The notes: generated from the letters alone by a model not told the origin. 64,000 bases of DNA from an uncultured Acidimicrobiales bacterium (GCA_943788915.1 CALSSD010000004.1:124001-188000), one strand, 5' to 3'. Positions 29,475-40,604 are shown, counted from the stretch's first letter. Numbers and translations are program-made.

Positions 29475-30857
29475 ATGGCGACTCAAGTTCGGGCGACGGC
29501 GTCCGATACAGGCTGTATGGATCGCCATGTGAATTGGCTGCGTCGCCGCATTAGTGCGTCCGTCGCCAAGCAGACAGCTCAAACGTTTGCTGTTGTTACC
29601 GTTTTGGCGTTCGCTGTGCTGCTGTGGCGCACCGACGATGGACCTCTGGCTGCCCTGTTTGGTGCGGTCGTCATCGGCCAGCTTGTGGCTGGTGCTCGGG
29701 TCGGCCATGCGATGCGCAACAACCCGTTGAACTATGTGTTCATGTGCCGGTTCGTGGATAAGCCTTTCACCTATCGGGCGGCACGATTCCAACCCGAAGA
29801 GGGAGTGCACCCGGTGGCCGATCGCCTACCCGGATTCGTCCCAGTTGCAACGATTCGGGATGCTGAAGCGGACCCGGAACCCATTTTTGATATCTATCAC
29901 GACCCGTCACGGCTGGTTGCTGCATCGGTCAGCCGTGCTTCTGGGTCTGTCTCGCTGGTCTCCTCGCTTGCCGATGGCCGCATTCTGGCCACCGTTGCGC
30001 GTGCGATGCCCCCACATGAACGTTTGGTGATGAACCTGGCCGACGAGAACACCGTGGAATCGCTAATCGCAACCCATCGTCGGGCGCTGCGCGGCCGCAC
30101 TGACGTTGTTGAGTTGGCGTCGAGTGCACATCAGGTCGTACTGGACTCACTTGGGTTGGAGTTCGACGCCTACCAGCTGCTTGGCCCGGCGCTCAGCCCG
30201 TTCCTTGACCTCGAACCAGGCAACAAGTCTTGGTTCCGTCTCAATGCTCGGATTAAGCCCGAAGAACTTCTCGAGCTACCGATCCGTCTTGGTCCTGACC
30301 TTGCGCTTCCAGATGTTCCAACTGCGGCGCCCGCACCCGTGGCGGCGTCGATGCCGCAGCCAGCTACTCCGCAGATAACCGTTGCAGCTAGTGCACCTCC
30401 AACGAGTGCACCAGCGGTATTTGTGACCCATGAGCCTGACCCGGTGGAAGTTATCTCGGCCTCAGCACCCATTTCTGCGGAGGTTGCGGCAGTCATCTCC
30501 ACTGACGAACCGGTCTTCGCCGCGCCGGCGGCACTTCCACAAAACATTTCTCCTGCTCGTGCTGTGTCGCTCGCCGAAGCAGTGATGACTACGACCGATA
30601 CTGCCGCAGCGCTGGTGGACGGCGGCTTCACACAACCAGAAGTTTCGTCCTCACAAGCCGAGCTGGCCCACTTCCAGCTACCGGCGCCGACGACGGGCCA
30701 TCCCTATAATGTGGACTCGGTGTTGGTGCCGAATCTGGATGTTGCGCTCGGCCGCAACGAAGAACTCTCGCCGTCACGGCTGCGGCTGTCTGTGGCGCTC
30801 CGGGCCAACTCGTCGACGACCGCCACAAACAAACACCCCCGCCCCAAATCGCAATAA
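29475..30857 (+). CDS. Hypothetical membrane protein with a Pro/Ala/Thr-rich C-terminal tail
   Basis: 460-aa ORF with two N-terminal TM segments and a low-complexity tail. Confidence 0.65.
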   Translation: MATQVRATASDTGCMDRHVNWLRRRISASVAKQTAQTFAVVTVLAFAVLLWRTDDGPLAALFGAVVIGQLVAGARVGHAMRNNPLNYVFMCRFVDKPFTYRAARFQPEEGVHPVADRLPGFVPVATIRDAEADPEPIFDIYHDPSRLVAASVSRASGSVSLVSSLADGRILATVARAMPPHERLVMNLADENTVESLIATHRRALRGRTDVVELASSAHQVVLDSLGLEFDAYQLLGPALSPFLDLEPGNKSWFRLNARIKPEELLELPIRLGPDLALPDVPTAAPAPVAASMPQPATPQITVAASAPPTSAPAVFVTHEPDPVEVISASAPISAEVAAVISTDEPVFAAPAALPQNISPARAVSLAEAVMTTTDTAAALVDGGFTQPEVSSSQAELAHFQLPAPTTGHPYNVDSVLVPNLDVALGRNEELSPSRLRLSVALRANSSTTATNKHPRPKSQ

Positions 30858-31078
30858 TCGCAGCGCTAAGCGGAGTGAGCTACCGATCAGCTGACTTCAC
30901 CAGTGCGCTCGCGAGCCAGTGAAACATGGCCACACTCGTCACCGTTGTTGGACCACTCGTGCGCCTGGGTGCACTTCTCGTGGCAGTGGTGACCTGGGTC
31001 GACGGAACCGTCGGCGCCTGAACCCAAGACGTTTCCGAACCGATCGAGCAAAGTAGTCGGCTAGACGTTGGGTGAACG

Positions 31079-31485
31079 TCAGGCGGGTTTGATGAGGACC
31101 ACGGTGGCTTCGTTCCCGACGAGTTGGAAGTAGATCTCGATGCCACTGCCGTCGAGAAACGTTTGCTGTTGGGTGATGAAAGCGCCCGGTTCGCGTTCGA
31201 CGAAGCCGTTGCCTTCGAGCGTGGCCAGATAATTCTCGGAGGCAGCGAACGGATCGGGATCGTCGGGCAGACACATGACGACCGCGAAGAGATGCGTCTT
31301 CCTGCACTCACGGTGCACCGTTGTCGCAGCCGTTCACAGTGCCGGGCGGGATCGCGATCGGCCAATCGATGGGGAAACCATCGGCGTCGACGGGCACCGG
31401 CGACGGTTCAGGGTCGCCGCCACACGCCGCCAGCGGCCAAGGCGACGAACAACAGGGCTGACACCAGGTGTGCACGACGTTTCAT
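31079..31485 (-). pseudogene. Small lipoprotein with frameshifts
   Basis: MKRRAHLVSALLFVALA, then LAACGGDPEPSPVPVDADGFPIDWPIAIPPG, then AVVMCLPDDPDPFAASENY...VLIKPA* in different frames. Confidence 0.55.
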
Positions 31486-31498
31486 TGCGTGTCGACGT

Positions 31499-32320
31499 CT
31501 AGATCGGACGAAAGGTTCCCTGTTGCACCGTTGTCGCAACAAGGGTGCCGTCGTGATGATGGATTGCACCCTGACTCAGTCCTCGGCCGCCGGCGATAGT
31601 CGGGCTGTGCATGTCGTAACTGTGCCAATCATCGAACTGCAATGGTCGGTGAAACCAGATCGAATGGTCAAGGGTTGCGCCCTTGAAATTGCCGTGTTCG
31701 CGGTGAGGTCGCAACGCAACAGTCATAAGTCCACGATCGGTAGCAAAACCAAGCACCGCTTTATGAATGAGTTGGTCAGCTGGCAGCGGTCCGACAGGTC
31801 GCATCCACACCGGCATGGATGGTTTGCCATCGCCTTCGCCATCGGGATCGATGAACATCTCGACCGGCTGGTCGTCCCAGTTTGCACGGGCCTGTAGTTT
31901 GTCGCGGTTTGTCATACCTGAGCGATCAGGGATCACGGGGGCTGCATCTTGACGATCGGGCCCAGCACTACCGGCGGTCACTCCTACCTGAGCATGGCTG
32001 ATGATGTGATCGCCCTGGTGGACCTCGACGCGAACCGACGCATACGTCCTGCCGGTGAACAGCCGCTCGACCCGGTATCGAAGCGGCTCGGTAGCGTTAC
32101 CGCCCCGCAGAAACACCTGCTGAATCGAGTGGACATCGCGGTCATCGTGCGTCTTGCCCGCGGCCATGATCGACTGGGCGACCACGAACCCACCGAAGAG
32201 CCGGTTGCTCAGGTTCAGCGCATTCTCGCCCACTTCGCCGTGCCATGTTGTTGTGGCCTCGCCCGTCTCACCTTGCTCGAGATCAAGGCGGCGGATCAGG
32301 CGTTCAACCGGGGTACTCAC
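31499..32320 (-). CDS. tesB: Acyl-CoA thioesterase II
   Basis: LFGGFVVAQS, FLRGG, GRTY, ATLDHSIWFH, GGRGL, VQQG. Confidence 0.88.
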   Translation of the reverse strand: MSTPVERLIRRLDLEQGETGEATTTWHGEVGENALNLSNRLFGGFVVAQSIMAAGKTHDDRDVHSIQQVFLRGGNATEPLRYRVERLFTGRTYASVRVEVHQGDHIISHAQVGVTAGSAGPDRQDAAPVIPDRSGMTNRDKLQARANWDDQPVEMFIDPDGEGDGKPSMPVWMRPVGPLPADQLIHKAVLGFATDRGLMTVALRPHREHGNFKGATLDHSIWFHRPLQFDDWHSYDMHSPTIAGGRGLSQGAIHHHDGTLVATTVQQGTFRPI

Positions 32321-32468
32321 GAGCGAAAGGGTACTGATGGCGGCGGCCACCGGGGTAACGCGGATCCTCGTCCAGGCCGTTATCGCGGTTTGACCATGTG
32401 GCCGGCTCACGGTTTGCGAAACGACGAGCTAACTTGTGGCCGAAGTCGAGCGGTAGGTGCTGGAGCAC

Positions 32469-33248
32469 ATGAAGTTCACGGAACGACTCGCCCGATTCCT
32501 GGGCGGCGGGCAACGGAACGCCTGGGCTGACCTTGAACCCGACGTTGTGCGAACCGTGGTGCGCAAGAACGTGGCGCTGGCTGGTCACCTTGATGCGGAG
32601 TTGGCCGCTCGTCATCTTGCTCTTACCCACCAACTTGTCGAGGACAAACAGTGGGAGGCGGCCGCAGGTTTTGAACTCACTGCCGAAATGGTGGTGACAA
32701 TTGCAGCCAACGCGGCGATTCTCATTTTGGGTCTGGACCCGTGGGTCTATCGCATGGTGAAAGGGGTCATCGTGCACCCCTCGTCGACCGTTTCCCATGG
32801 GCTGCGTTCTGGACCAGGAGCCGGCACGGTGAGTGACGAGTCGATGGCGGTTGTTGGTGTCGCCACACCCAACTCGGGGCCGATGACATTGTCGTGGGAC
32901 GCGGTCCTCAGCGATAGCCGCCACCCAGCCTCCGGCCAGAACGTGGTCATCCACGAGTTTGCTCACAAGATCGATATGAGTGACGGGTACACCGACGGGG
33001 TCCCACCAGTCCGTGGTGCCGAGATGGAACGTTGGGCAGCAGTTGTGGCCGACGAGTACGAACACACCAGGGCTCGTCACTCTGATCGCGTGTTACGCCG
33101 TTATGCGTGGACCAATCGGGTCGAATTCTTTGCGGTCGCTGCCGAGGCGTTCTTTTGTCAACCAACCCAGTTGCAGGATGGCAAGCCGGAGTTATACGGG
33201 GCGCTGGCAGATTTCTTTGCCCAAGACCCCGCAGCGCGGAGCCACTGA
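32469..33248 (+). CDS. mtfA: MtfA-like zinc peptidase (M90)
   Basis: LSWD, NVVIHEFAHKID, DGVP, YAWTN..EFFAV..EAFF, FFAQDP. Confidence 0.9.
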   Translation: MKFTERLARFLGGGQRNAWADLEPDVVRTVVRKNVALAGHLDAELAARHLALTHQLVEDKQWEAAAGFELTAEMVVTIAANAAILILGLDPWVYRMVKGVIVHPSSTVSHGLRSGPGAGTVSDESMAVVGVATPNSGPMTLSWDAVLSDSRHPASGQNVVIHEFAHKIDMSDGYTDGVPPVRGAEMERWAAVVADEYEHTRARHSDRVLRRYAWTNRVEFFAVAAEAFFCQPTQLQDGKPELYGALADFFAQDPAARSH

Positions 33249-33508
33249 CGGTTGTCAGATCAGCGGTAACTCGTGGCCAGGCTGGAAGATCATCAGCAGG
33301 TCGTTGGGTTCGAGTGGTAACACCAGTCGCTGCAACACGAGTCCAATCCCACCAGACATCCGGCTGAGCATGAGTCTTGGGCCGGGCGGGTGCGGCGCCG
33401 TTGTTTTCGTCTGTCACGTGGTGCGGCACGTCCGTGGGTTTACGACGTCGGCACTCAATTGCTGTAACCGAGATGTTGCCCCGAACGATGAGTGGGTAGG
33501 TTGGGGCC

Positions 33509-34702
33509 ATGTTGGAGAACCTTCGCAGCACGATGAAATTCCGCACGCTCACGACCGATACGGTCGGACGCAAACTGGAGCGGGCCGCGAACATCGATGA
33601 TCTGCGGCTCATGGCCAAACGAAATTTGCCTGGTGGTGTCTTCGACTACATCGATGGTGCCGCGGAAGACGAAGAAGCGCTCGCTCGAAGTATCCGGGTG
33701 TTCGACGACGTGCTTTTCCGGCCCCGAGTGCTGCGCGACATGAGCAACATTGACCTTTCGACCACCTTGCTCGGCAAGAAGATCCCCATGCCGTTGGCCC
33801 TGTCGCCCACTGGGTTCGGACGGATAAGCGACTCGCAGGGTGAACTAGCTGTGGCCCGAGCCGCAGCACGTCGGGGACTTCCGTACACCCTCTCCACGCT
33901 CGGTACCCGCTCAATCGAAGAGGTCGCGGCGGTCTCCGACGGGCCCAAATGGTTCCAGGTGTACGTGTGGAAAGACCGGGGACTCGTCAAAGAAATGATC
34001 AACCGGGCCGACGCTGCTGGTTACGAAGCCATCGTGATCACCGTCGACTTTGCCACCCTTGGTCGCCGAGAACGCGACATTCGCCGGGGGTTCACGTTGC
34101 CGCCCAAACTTGGGCTGGACACCATCTTTGATGGCATTCGCCATCCCCGGTGGACACTTGACTTTGCGACATCGGATCCGATCCGTTTCGCAAACGTGAC
34201 CGGCACCGGCGACGGCCGCGACGGCACCGATGCCATCGCACTTGGCCCGTACGTGGCCGAGCAGTTGGACCCATCACTGTCGTGGACCGACATCGAGGCC
34301 TTCCGCGATCTGTGGCCGGGTCCAATCATGCTCAAGGGAGTACAAGACGTCGACGATGCTCGCAAGGCTGCCGATCTCGGTATCGAAGCGGTGGCATTGT
34401 CGAACCACGGCGGACGTCAACTCGATTCCTCGCCGGCACCCTTTGAGCTGTTACCTGCAACCGTCGATGCGGTTGGTGGCCAGATTGAGATCCTGGTCGA
34501 TGGCGGGATCCGCCGCGGCGCCGACATCGTGAAAGCCGTGGCCATGGGAGCGACGGCCTGCATGGTTGGCCGGGCCTATCTGTACGGCTTGGGCGCAGCC
34601 GGCGAGCGGGGCGTTGACAAGGCGCTCGGTTTCCTGCACGACGAGTTCGAACGCACCATGAAACTCGTCGGTGCCGCCAATGTCGACGAGCTTGGGCCCT
34701 GA
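33509..34702 (+). CDS. FMN-dependent alpha-hydroxy acid oxidase / L-lactate dehydrogenase
   Basis: FDYIDGAA, PRVL, WFQVY, RERD, LKG, SNHGGRQLD, DGGIRRGAD. Confidence 0.92.
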   Translation: MLENLRSTMKFRTLTTDTVGRKLERAANIDDLRLMAKRNLPGGVFDYIDGAAEDEEALARSIRVFDDVLFRPRVLRDMSNIDLSTTLLGKKIPMPLALSPTGFGRISDSQGELAVARAAARRGLPYTLSTLGTRSIEEVAAVSDGPKWFQVYVWKDRGLVKEMINRADAAGYEAIVITVDFATLGRRERDIRRGFTLPPKLGLDTIFDGIRHPRWTLDFATSDPIRFANVTGTGDGRDGTDAIALGPYVAEQLDPSLSWTDIEAFRDLWPGPIMLKGVQDVDDARKAADLGIEAVALSNHGGRQLDSSPAPFELLPATVDAVGGQIEILVDGGIRRGADIVKAVAMGATACMVGRAYLYGLGAAGERGVDKALGFLHDEFERTMKLVGAANVDELGP

Positions 34703-34753
34703 CTACATCCAACCTGCCTAGAGGCACATCCAGGCTCAGACCCCAGGCGTCTG

Positions 34754-35551
34754 TCAGCTACGGCGGAACCAGCCCCTTTTCTTAGCTCGTGGCGGCGGGC
34801 TGACGGTTTCGCTGGTGTCCATGTCCAACCGGATGACCGGAGGTTTTCCTTCGATCGGGCTGGGCACCCGTTGCACCACGGCCTGTTTTTCAGCGGTTGG
34901 GCCGACGGTGTCGCCGGTTGGTAACACCTTGTCGGGGTCGGTGACCATCCACCGGACCAACTCCATGAGGTACTCCAGTACGCCCGTCTCGGTGGTAGAC
35001 GACGTGATGTAGAACTCTTCTCGGTCGTACTTCGAGAGACCATGGGTGAGGAAGCTCATCCGATCGGCGCTCTCTTGGGCGGCGGTGATATCCACCGTGA
35101 TCTCGGTGGCGATGCCGCCGTTCGCAGTCTCGACAACGGTGGCGAACAAGTCGGCCCGATGAAAGATCGCACCGTCGCCCAACTTGGCGGCGACCGCAGG
35201 GCTGCACTGCACAAGTGCCGCGGTGACAATGCTCATGGTCACCTCGGTTTGCAGTGGGTCGTCTGGCAGGTCGAACGCGGTGACGATGTAGTGACCAACA
35301 TGATGGGCAATGGTTTCTGGCTCCGGCGAAGTCGGGCCAACCGGCATGTGGGCGGCATCCGGATGAGGTATCGGTAACAGCGCGACGATCAGGGTGCCAC
35401 CGGTTTCGATTCGAAAATTCAGCGTGTCGGGGTCGCCCATTTCATGAGCCAGACCGACACCGAGTTGTGTGGCGGCTTCGATGACCTGCACCGGATCGGG
35501 CGGCGCATTCGTCGAAACGAGGACAAACGAAACCGGCTCAGCAGATGTCAC
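34754..35551 (-). CDS. DUF4261-like protein
   Basis: HYIV, FLTHGLSKYDREEF, LPTGDTVG; C-terminal KKRGWFRRS. Confidence 0.55.
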   Translation of the reverse strand: MTSAEPVSFVLVSTNAPPDPVQVIEAATQLGVGLAHEMGDPDTLNFRIETGGTLIVALLPIPHPDAAHMPVGPTSPEPETIAHHVGHYIVTAFDLPDDPLQTEVTMSIVTAALVQCSPAVAAKLGDGAIFHRADLFATVVETANGGIATEITVDITAAQESADRMSFLTHGLSKYDREEFYITSSTTETGVLEYLMELVRWMVTDPDKVLPTGDTVGPTAEKQAVVQRVPSPIEGKPPVIRLDMDTSETVSPPPRAKKRGWFRRS

Positions 35552-35687
35552 CCGATCACCCTAGGCCCGTTGGTTTGGGACCTACGAGGTCTGGCCGCAG
35601 CTCGTAGTCGACGAGCGTGCACCGGCAGATCGGGATGCCGGCCGAAACGCAGACCGTGTGCCGGCGAAGTGCGAATACGCTCGACGG

Positions 35688-36652
35688 ATGGACTTCGCGA
35701 TCGGCCCCGACGATGTGCGTGCCGCGGCTCGCAGGCTCGATGGGGTCGCACATCACACACCCTTGCTTGAGTCCCGCCGGCTGAATACGAAGCTTGGCGG
35801 CCGTGTCCTGCTGAAAGCCGAGAACCTACAGCGCACTGGTTCGTTTAAGTTCCGGGGCGGTTACAACGCGATCGCGATGTTGACGGATGACCAGAAGCAG
35901 GCGGGTGTGGTTGCCTTCTCGTCAGGAAATCATGCACAGGGCGTGGCGCTCGGAGCGCACCTGTTGGGCGTATCGGCCAAGATCGTGATGCCCACCGATG
36001 CACCGCCGAACAAGCTGGCAGCAACCCGGGGGTATGGCGCCGAGGTCATCACCTATAACCGGTACACCGAGAGCCGCGAGGACATCGGTGCCGAGCTGAG
36101 CGAACGCGAAGGGCGGGTGTTGATCAAGCCGTATGACAACCCGTCGGTGATGGCTGGCCAGGGCACCGCCATGTTCGAAGCCCTCACCGATGAACCCGGG
36201 TGTGACATGGCTGTCGTCTGCCTCGGCGGTGGCGGCCTGTTGTCGGGTTCGGCGACCATTGCGAAAGATCTGAATCCTGACATCGAGATTTTTGGGGTTG
36301 AACCCGATGCAGGCGACGACCACAAGTTGTCTCGCCAGGCAGGTGAACGAGTAACGATTGATGTTCCCGTGACCATTGCTGACGGCCAACAAACCACGGC
36401 GCCAGGCGAGCTGACATGGCCAATCAATGATCGCTACGTCACCGAGTTCTTGTCGGCGTGACCGACGACGAAATCGTCAACACGATGCGCATACTTTTTG
36501 AGCAGTTCAAGGTCGTGGCCGAACCCAGCGGCGCATCTGCACTCGCTGCCATCGTCGGCGGCCACGTCTCGGTCGTCGACCGCACGGCAGTGGTCACCAT
36601 CAGCGGCGGCAATATCACTGCGGCCCGTTTTGCCGAACTCATGGCCACGTAA
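35688..36652 (+). pseudogene. PLP-dependent serine/threonine dehydratase family protein with a frameshift near 36450
   Basis: KAENLQRTGSFKFRG, SSGNHAQ, GQGT, GGGGL, TIADG; next frame VTDDEI...EPSGA...SGGN. Confidence 0.88.
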
Positions 36653-36655
36653 TGC

Positions 36656-36703
36656 GTCACCGATAACGAACCGGTGCCAGGCACGGGTTCGTTAGTCAGC
36701 GAC
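36656..36703. repeat. REP-like palindrome family B (GTGCCAGGCAC core)
   Basis: TAACGAACC-GGTGCCAGGCACG-GGTTCGTTA. Confidence 0.7.
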
Positions 36704-36712
36704 ACTCAGGCC

Positions 36713-36968
36713 ATGAGCAACACCGCACATGAACTGACCACCCACCCGATTCACCTTGGCCTGGGCGACGGCCGAGGTGGTGGTGGTGGGCACCGCAGGC
36801 ACCTTGTCACTGACCCAAAAGTTGCCCGAAGGCGAAGTCACCACCGTGCTTCAGGCTGGTCAGTACATCGTCAATCCACCGGGTGTCTGGCACACGGCCA
36901 ACGAAGACACTGCGGGTACGGCCGTCTTCATCACCGCTGGTGTTGGCACCGAACACCGACCCCGCTGA
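36713..36968 (+). pseudogene. Cupin-domain gene remnant (frameshift and probable internal deletion)
   Basis: MSNTAHELTTHPIHLGLG joined out of frame to EVVV..AG...AGQYIVNPPGVWHTA...GTEHRPR*; first cupin His motif missing. Confidence 0.7.
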
Positions 36969-36994
36969 CGGCCGGGTGACTACAGTTCGGCCCG

Positions 36995-38095
36995 ATGAAG
37001 ACTGTGAACGTTGGTGTGTTCGGTACGAGCTGGTGGGCCGACACCATGTACCTGCCGCCGCTCGATAACCACCCCGGCGCCAAGGTGGCTGCAGTGTGTG
37101 GTCGTAATCCCGCCACCGCAGCTGCGTTTGCCGCGACATGGAACGTGCCAGCGAGCTACACCGATGCCGCCGCAATGTTCGACGGTGAGGACCTCGACGC
37201 CGTCGTGATCGCGACCGCCAATAACAGCCACCATGAGCTGGCGATAGCGGCTCTCAAACGGGGGTTACACGTCTTGTGCGAGAAGCCGATGGCGTTGAAC
37301 GTTGAGCAGGCGACCGAGATGTATGACGCTGCCGAAACCGCAGGTGTCATCACCATGATGCCCTTCACCTATCACTGGATGCCGTCGAACCAATGGGTGA
37401 AACAGCTGATCACCAACGGGTACATCGGGCGACCACTCCACATCAACGCCCGGTATTACACCGACTTCGGGTTCGATGATGCGTACTCATGGCGCTTCGA
37501 CCGCGAGATCGCGGGTTCAGGCATCATCGGTGATCTTGGATCCCATTGGATCCATCTCGCCCGGTGGTTGCTCGATGACACCGAGACGTCGATTTCGGCG
37601 TTGACTTCGAACTTTGTTGACCGGGGCTCCCGTCCCGACGGCACGGTCTACGACCAGACCGAAGACAGCGTGGCTATGACCATTCGATATGCATCGGGTG
37701 CTTACGGCATGTTGCAAACCAGCGCGGTGTGTTGGGAAGGCACCCCCTTTGGACAGACCCATCACTACGAGGTGCATGGCGACAAAGGCACCCTCTATGC
37801 GACGTGCGACTGGGACACGGTCCAAAAGGTCGAAGGCCTCCGTCGTGGCGACAACGCGGGCCGTCAGGAACTGCCAATTCCCGACGAGATCTGGAACGGC
37901 GTGCGGCGAGACACGGTGCACAACACCTACCGCGATGTGTTCCGCACCACCAGCTCGATGACCCGGCAATGGATCGACGCGATCATCGATGGCAACCAGT
38001 CAGGACCAGGGTTTGAAGAAGGTCTTGCCGTGCAACGAGTCCTCGACGCTGCCGTCGAAAGTGCAGCATCCGGCGGTTCGGCAGTGTCCGTCTAA
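36995..38095 (+). CDS. Gfo/Idh/MocA family oxidoreductase
   Basis: HVLCEKPM, WRFD...GSGIIGDLGSHWI. Confidence 0.9.
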   Translation: MKTVNVGVFGTSWWADTMYLPPLDNHPGAKVAAVCGRNPATAAAFAATWNVPASYTDAAAMFDGEDLDAVVIATANNSHHELAIAALKRGLHVLCEKPMALNVEQATEMYDAAETAGVITMMPFTYHWMPSNQWVKQLITNGYIGRPLHINARYYTDFGFDDAYSWRFDREIAGSGIIGDLGSHWIHLARWLLDDTETSISALTSNFVDRGSRPDGTVYDQTEDSVAMTIRYASGAYGMLQTSAVCWEGTPFGQTHHYEVHGDKGTLYATCDWDTVQKVEGLRRGDNAGRQELPIPDEIWNGVRRDTVHNTYRDVFRTTSSMTRQWIDAIIDGNQSGPGFEEGLAVQRVLDAAVESAASGGSAVSV

Positions 38096-38106
38096 CTCTG
38101 GGTTGA

Positions 38107-38592
38107 TCAGGGTGTGGGTTGTTGGCTCGTTACGCGCAGCTGACGACGTTTGACCAGTTCGATAACGATCTCGAGCACGGTGACCACGGCCGCGACGACG
38201 CCCACGATGATCAGGCTGACTCGCATCGGCGGCAAGTCAAGCGCCTAGAAGTCGGCCCATGGTGAGGGAACCATGGCGATGCCAAGCGCAGCGATGAGTC
38301 CGACGATCAAGAATCCTTCGTTTCGCCGAATGGGTGTGATCAATCGATGGAGGATGAACAGTCCGGCCAGGCTCAAGGTAAGTGTCGCTGCAGTGCGAGC
38401 TTCCTCGATGGTGGCGTCCGCAATAGGTGAACTGGTCAGCCAATACGACGCATAGGTCGCAGCCGCAGCGACGGTCCCCGCAGGAACCGCGAAGTGCAAC
38501 ACCCGACGTAGATAACCGGGTTTGCTCGCCGGTTCGTCTGGCCGGAAGCTCAGAAAGAAGCCAGGAATGCCAATGGTGATCGCTGCGATGAG
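38107..38592 (-). pseudogene. C-terminal membrane fragment of a cation-transporting P-type ATPase (CtpE-like)
   Basis: ITIGIPGFFLS...PGYLRRVLHFAVPAG...EARTAAT; in-frame TAG at 38245-38247; no ATPase domains upstream. Confidence 0.7.
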
Positions 38593-38681
38593 GAACCTGT
38601 CCCGATGACACCGGTGCGGTTTTCGATTGACCTGACCAGCCTGCGAAATGCGGTGCTGATCCGGGGCGGAATTGGCGATGG

Positions 38682-39065
38682 TTAGGCCGCGCCTTTGGCT
38701 TCATTGATTGCCTGGGCGAGACCGTCAAGGTCATCAACAGTGACCGTGAGCGCTGAATGGTCCTTGGAACCAATAACACGACGCACCTTCTCATCGAAGT
38801 GCACGCACACCCCACCGTGCGTTGATGTGCCGAAGGTCAGCCCGTCGTCAGCGAAGGACAGACGTATACCCACTGCCTTCCACCATTGGTAGTCGCGGGT
38901 CACGTGCGCGTCGGTCACGTTCGCAAGCGGCGTCTCGACCCGTGCCCGGCCAAACGAGGCGGTGAAGGATTGGTCGGTGACCGTTACGCCGTCGACCCCC
39001 TCACGGGCACCAAGTGGCCACCACAGCCCGATGAATTTGCGGTCGAATCGATAAGGAAAGAACAT
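38682..39065 (-). CDS. Conserved actinobacterial hypothetical protein
   Basis: ETPLANV, YQWWKAVGIRLSFADDGLTFGT, LTVTVDD; clean codon pattern. Confidence 0.7.
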   Translation of the reverse strand: MFFPYRFDRKFIGLWWPLGAREGVDGVTVTDQSFTASFGRARVETPLANVTDAHVTRDYQWWKAVGIRLSFADDGLTFGTSTHGGVCVHFDEKVRRVIGSKDHSALTVTVDDLDGLAQAINEAKGAA

Positions 39066-39151
39066 GTTCTGCCTGTCACTGATGTCGAACGGGCCACGCT
39101 GTCTCCCGATGGGTTGTTACTAGTTTGCAGCACCGGCAACACTGGGTTTGG

Positions 39152-39724
39152 TCACAGCCGGGAGATGATGTCGTCGACCACCTTGGTCGGTGGCCGCTCG
39201 TCGGTTGACACAGCCTCGAACTGGCCGTATCCCTCGGCCCGGATGCGCATGAGTTCCTCGACTCGACTCTGCGGATCGTCGCCAGCGAGTAACGGTCGGC
39301 TCGATCGCCGGCGCATAACTCGTTCCATAATCACCGCAAGTTCGGCGACTAGGCAGAAAATCCGATTTCCTTGCTGTAGCGCAGCGACGTTCTCGGGATC
39401 GAGCATGAACCGCCCTCCGGTCGAGATCACGTAGCCGACATCAGTCGTGAGTTCTTTGGCGATGTCTCGTTCGATAGTGCGAAACCCGTCTTCGCCCTGT
39501 TCTTCGAAGATGCGGGGAATCGGACCGTGCCGTCGTTCGATCATCTTGTCGGTGTCGATATGTTTCAGATGGAGTCGTTGGGCCAGAAGTCGACCAACCG
39601 TTGACTTTCCCGTGCCCATGAAGCCGGTCAAGATGATGTTGTTAAAGCCAGGGTCCGGTTCTGGCATACCTTCCGGCGCAGGGTTGTGCGCTACGTCAGA
39701 AGGTCCAGAGGACATATCGGCCAT
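39152..39724 (-). CDS. aroK: Shikimate kinase
   Basis: GFMGTGKST, DTD, IFEEQGEDGFR..E, STGG, RPLL, R..GY. Confidence 0.9.
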   Translation of the reverse strand: MADMSSGPSDVAHNPAPEGMPEPDPGFNNIILTGFMGTGKSTVGRLLAQRLHLKHIDTDKMIERRHGPIPRIFEEQGEDGFRTIERDIAKELTTDVGYVISTGGRFMLDPENVAALQQGNRIFCLVAELAVIMERVMRRRSSRPLLAGDDPQSRVEELMRIRAEGYGQFEAVSTDERPPTKVVDDIISRL

Positions 39725-39821
39725 AACAAGAGTTTAGGAACCGGGGTTCCTGAATGCCGCCCAAGCGAATATTCTGGTTGACTTCGGGAACAACCTTTCC
39801 ACGACCATGGGTTTGGACATC

Positions 39822-40016
39822 ATGAGCACGACTGACACGCACGCAAAAAATCGCGGCGCCAAGATGAACGCAGCCGACAAGAAAGCTGCACAAATGGCAG
39901 CTAATCGCAAGGCTCAACTGCAGTGGTATGCCATGGGAGCTGCGTTGGTTATCGCCATCGTCGCTGCAATTGTTTTGGTCGTCGTGTTCACTGACGGCGC
40001 TATTCCTCTGGGCTGA
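39822..40016 (+). CDS. Small single-pass membrane protein
   Basis: Basic N-terminus followed by WYAMGAALVIAIVAAIVLVVVF. Confidence 0.6.
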   Translation: MSTTDTHAKNRGAKMNAADKKAAQMAANRKAQLQWYAMGAALVIAIVAAIVLVVVFTDGAIPLG

Positions 40017-40126
40017 TCTTCTCCGTTCGTCAACAACGCGGCTCGCGGGGGTAGAAACCCGGACGGCCGCGTTGTTGTCATTTTGGCCTCCCGAAACAGT
40101 CAGTCTCGGGCGAGTACTGTGGGGGA

Positions 40127-40564
40127 ATGCGCAAGATTGGGTTATTGAACGGCCCCAACCTCAACATGCTCGGCACCCGCGAACCCGAGGTCTACGGGAC
40201 CCGTTCGCTCGATGACATTGTGGCCGATCTTCGGACCTACGCTGGCGAACGAGGCGCAGCGTTGCGCGATCATCAGTCCAACGTCGAAGGCCATCTTGTC
40301 GATGCCATTCAGGAAGCTATGACCTGGGCCGATGGCATCGTCTTCAACCCTGGGGGCTACACCCACACCAGCGTGGCCTTGCGTGATGCCATTGCTGGGT
40401 GTGGCATTCCGGTGGTCGAGACACATATGAGCAATGTGCATGCTCGCGAAGAGTTCCGAGCGAACTCGTTACTTAGCGGTGTGTGTGTCGGTGTGATCTG
40501 CGGCTTCGGTGTCACAAGTTACAAGCTCGCCATCGATGCAGTTATTAGCCACCTCGACGGTTAA
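40127..40564 (+). CDS. aroQ: Type II 3-dehydroquinate dehydratase
   Basis: LNGPNLNMLGTREPEVYG, QSNVEG, NPGGYTHTS, ETHMSNVHAREEFR. Confidence 0.96.
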   Translation: MRKIGLLNGPNLNMLGTREPEVYGTRSLDDIVADLRTYAGERGAALRDHQSNVEGHLVDAIQEAMTWADGIVFNPGGYTHTSVALRDAIAGCGIPVVETHMSNVHAREEFRANSLLSGVCVGVICGFGVTSYKLAIDAVISHLDG

Positions 40565-40604
40565 CCAAACTGGGCCGTCGGCTCTGTATATTGACGGCTA
40601 ACCA

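Noticed and set aside
2460..36461. Selenocysteine or stop readthrough at TGA in the deaminase and the dehydratase
   Set aside because: Homology continues in a different frame, so these are frameshifts rather than readthrough
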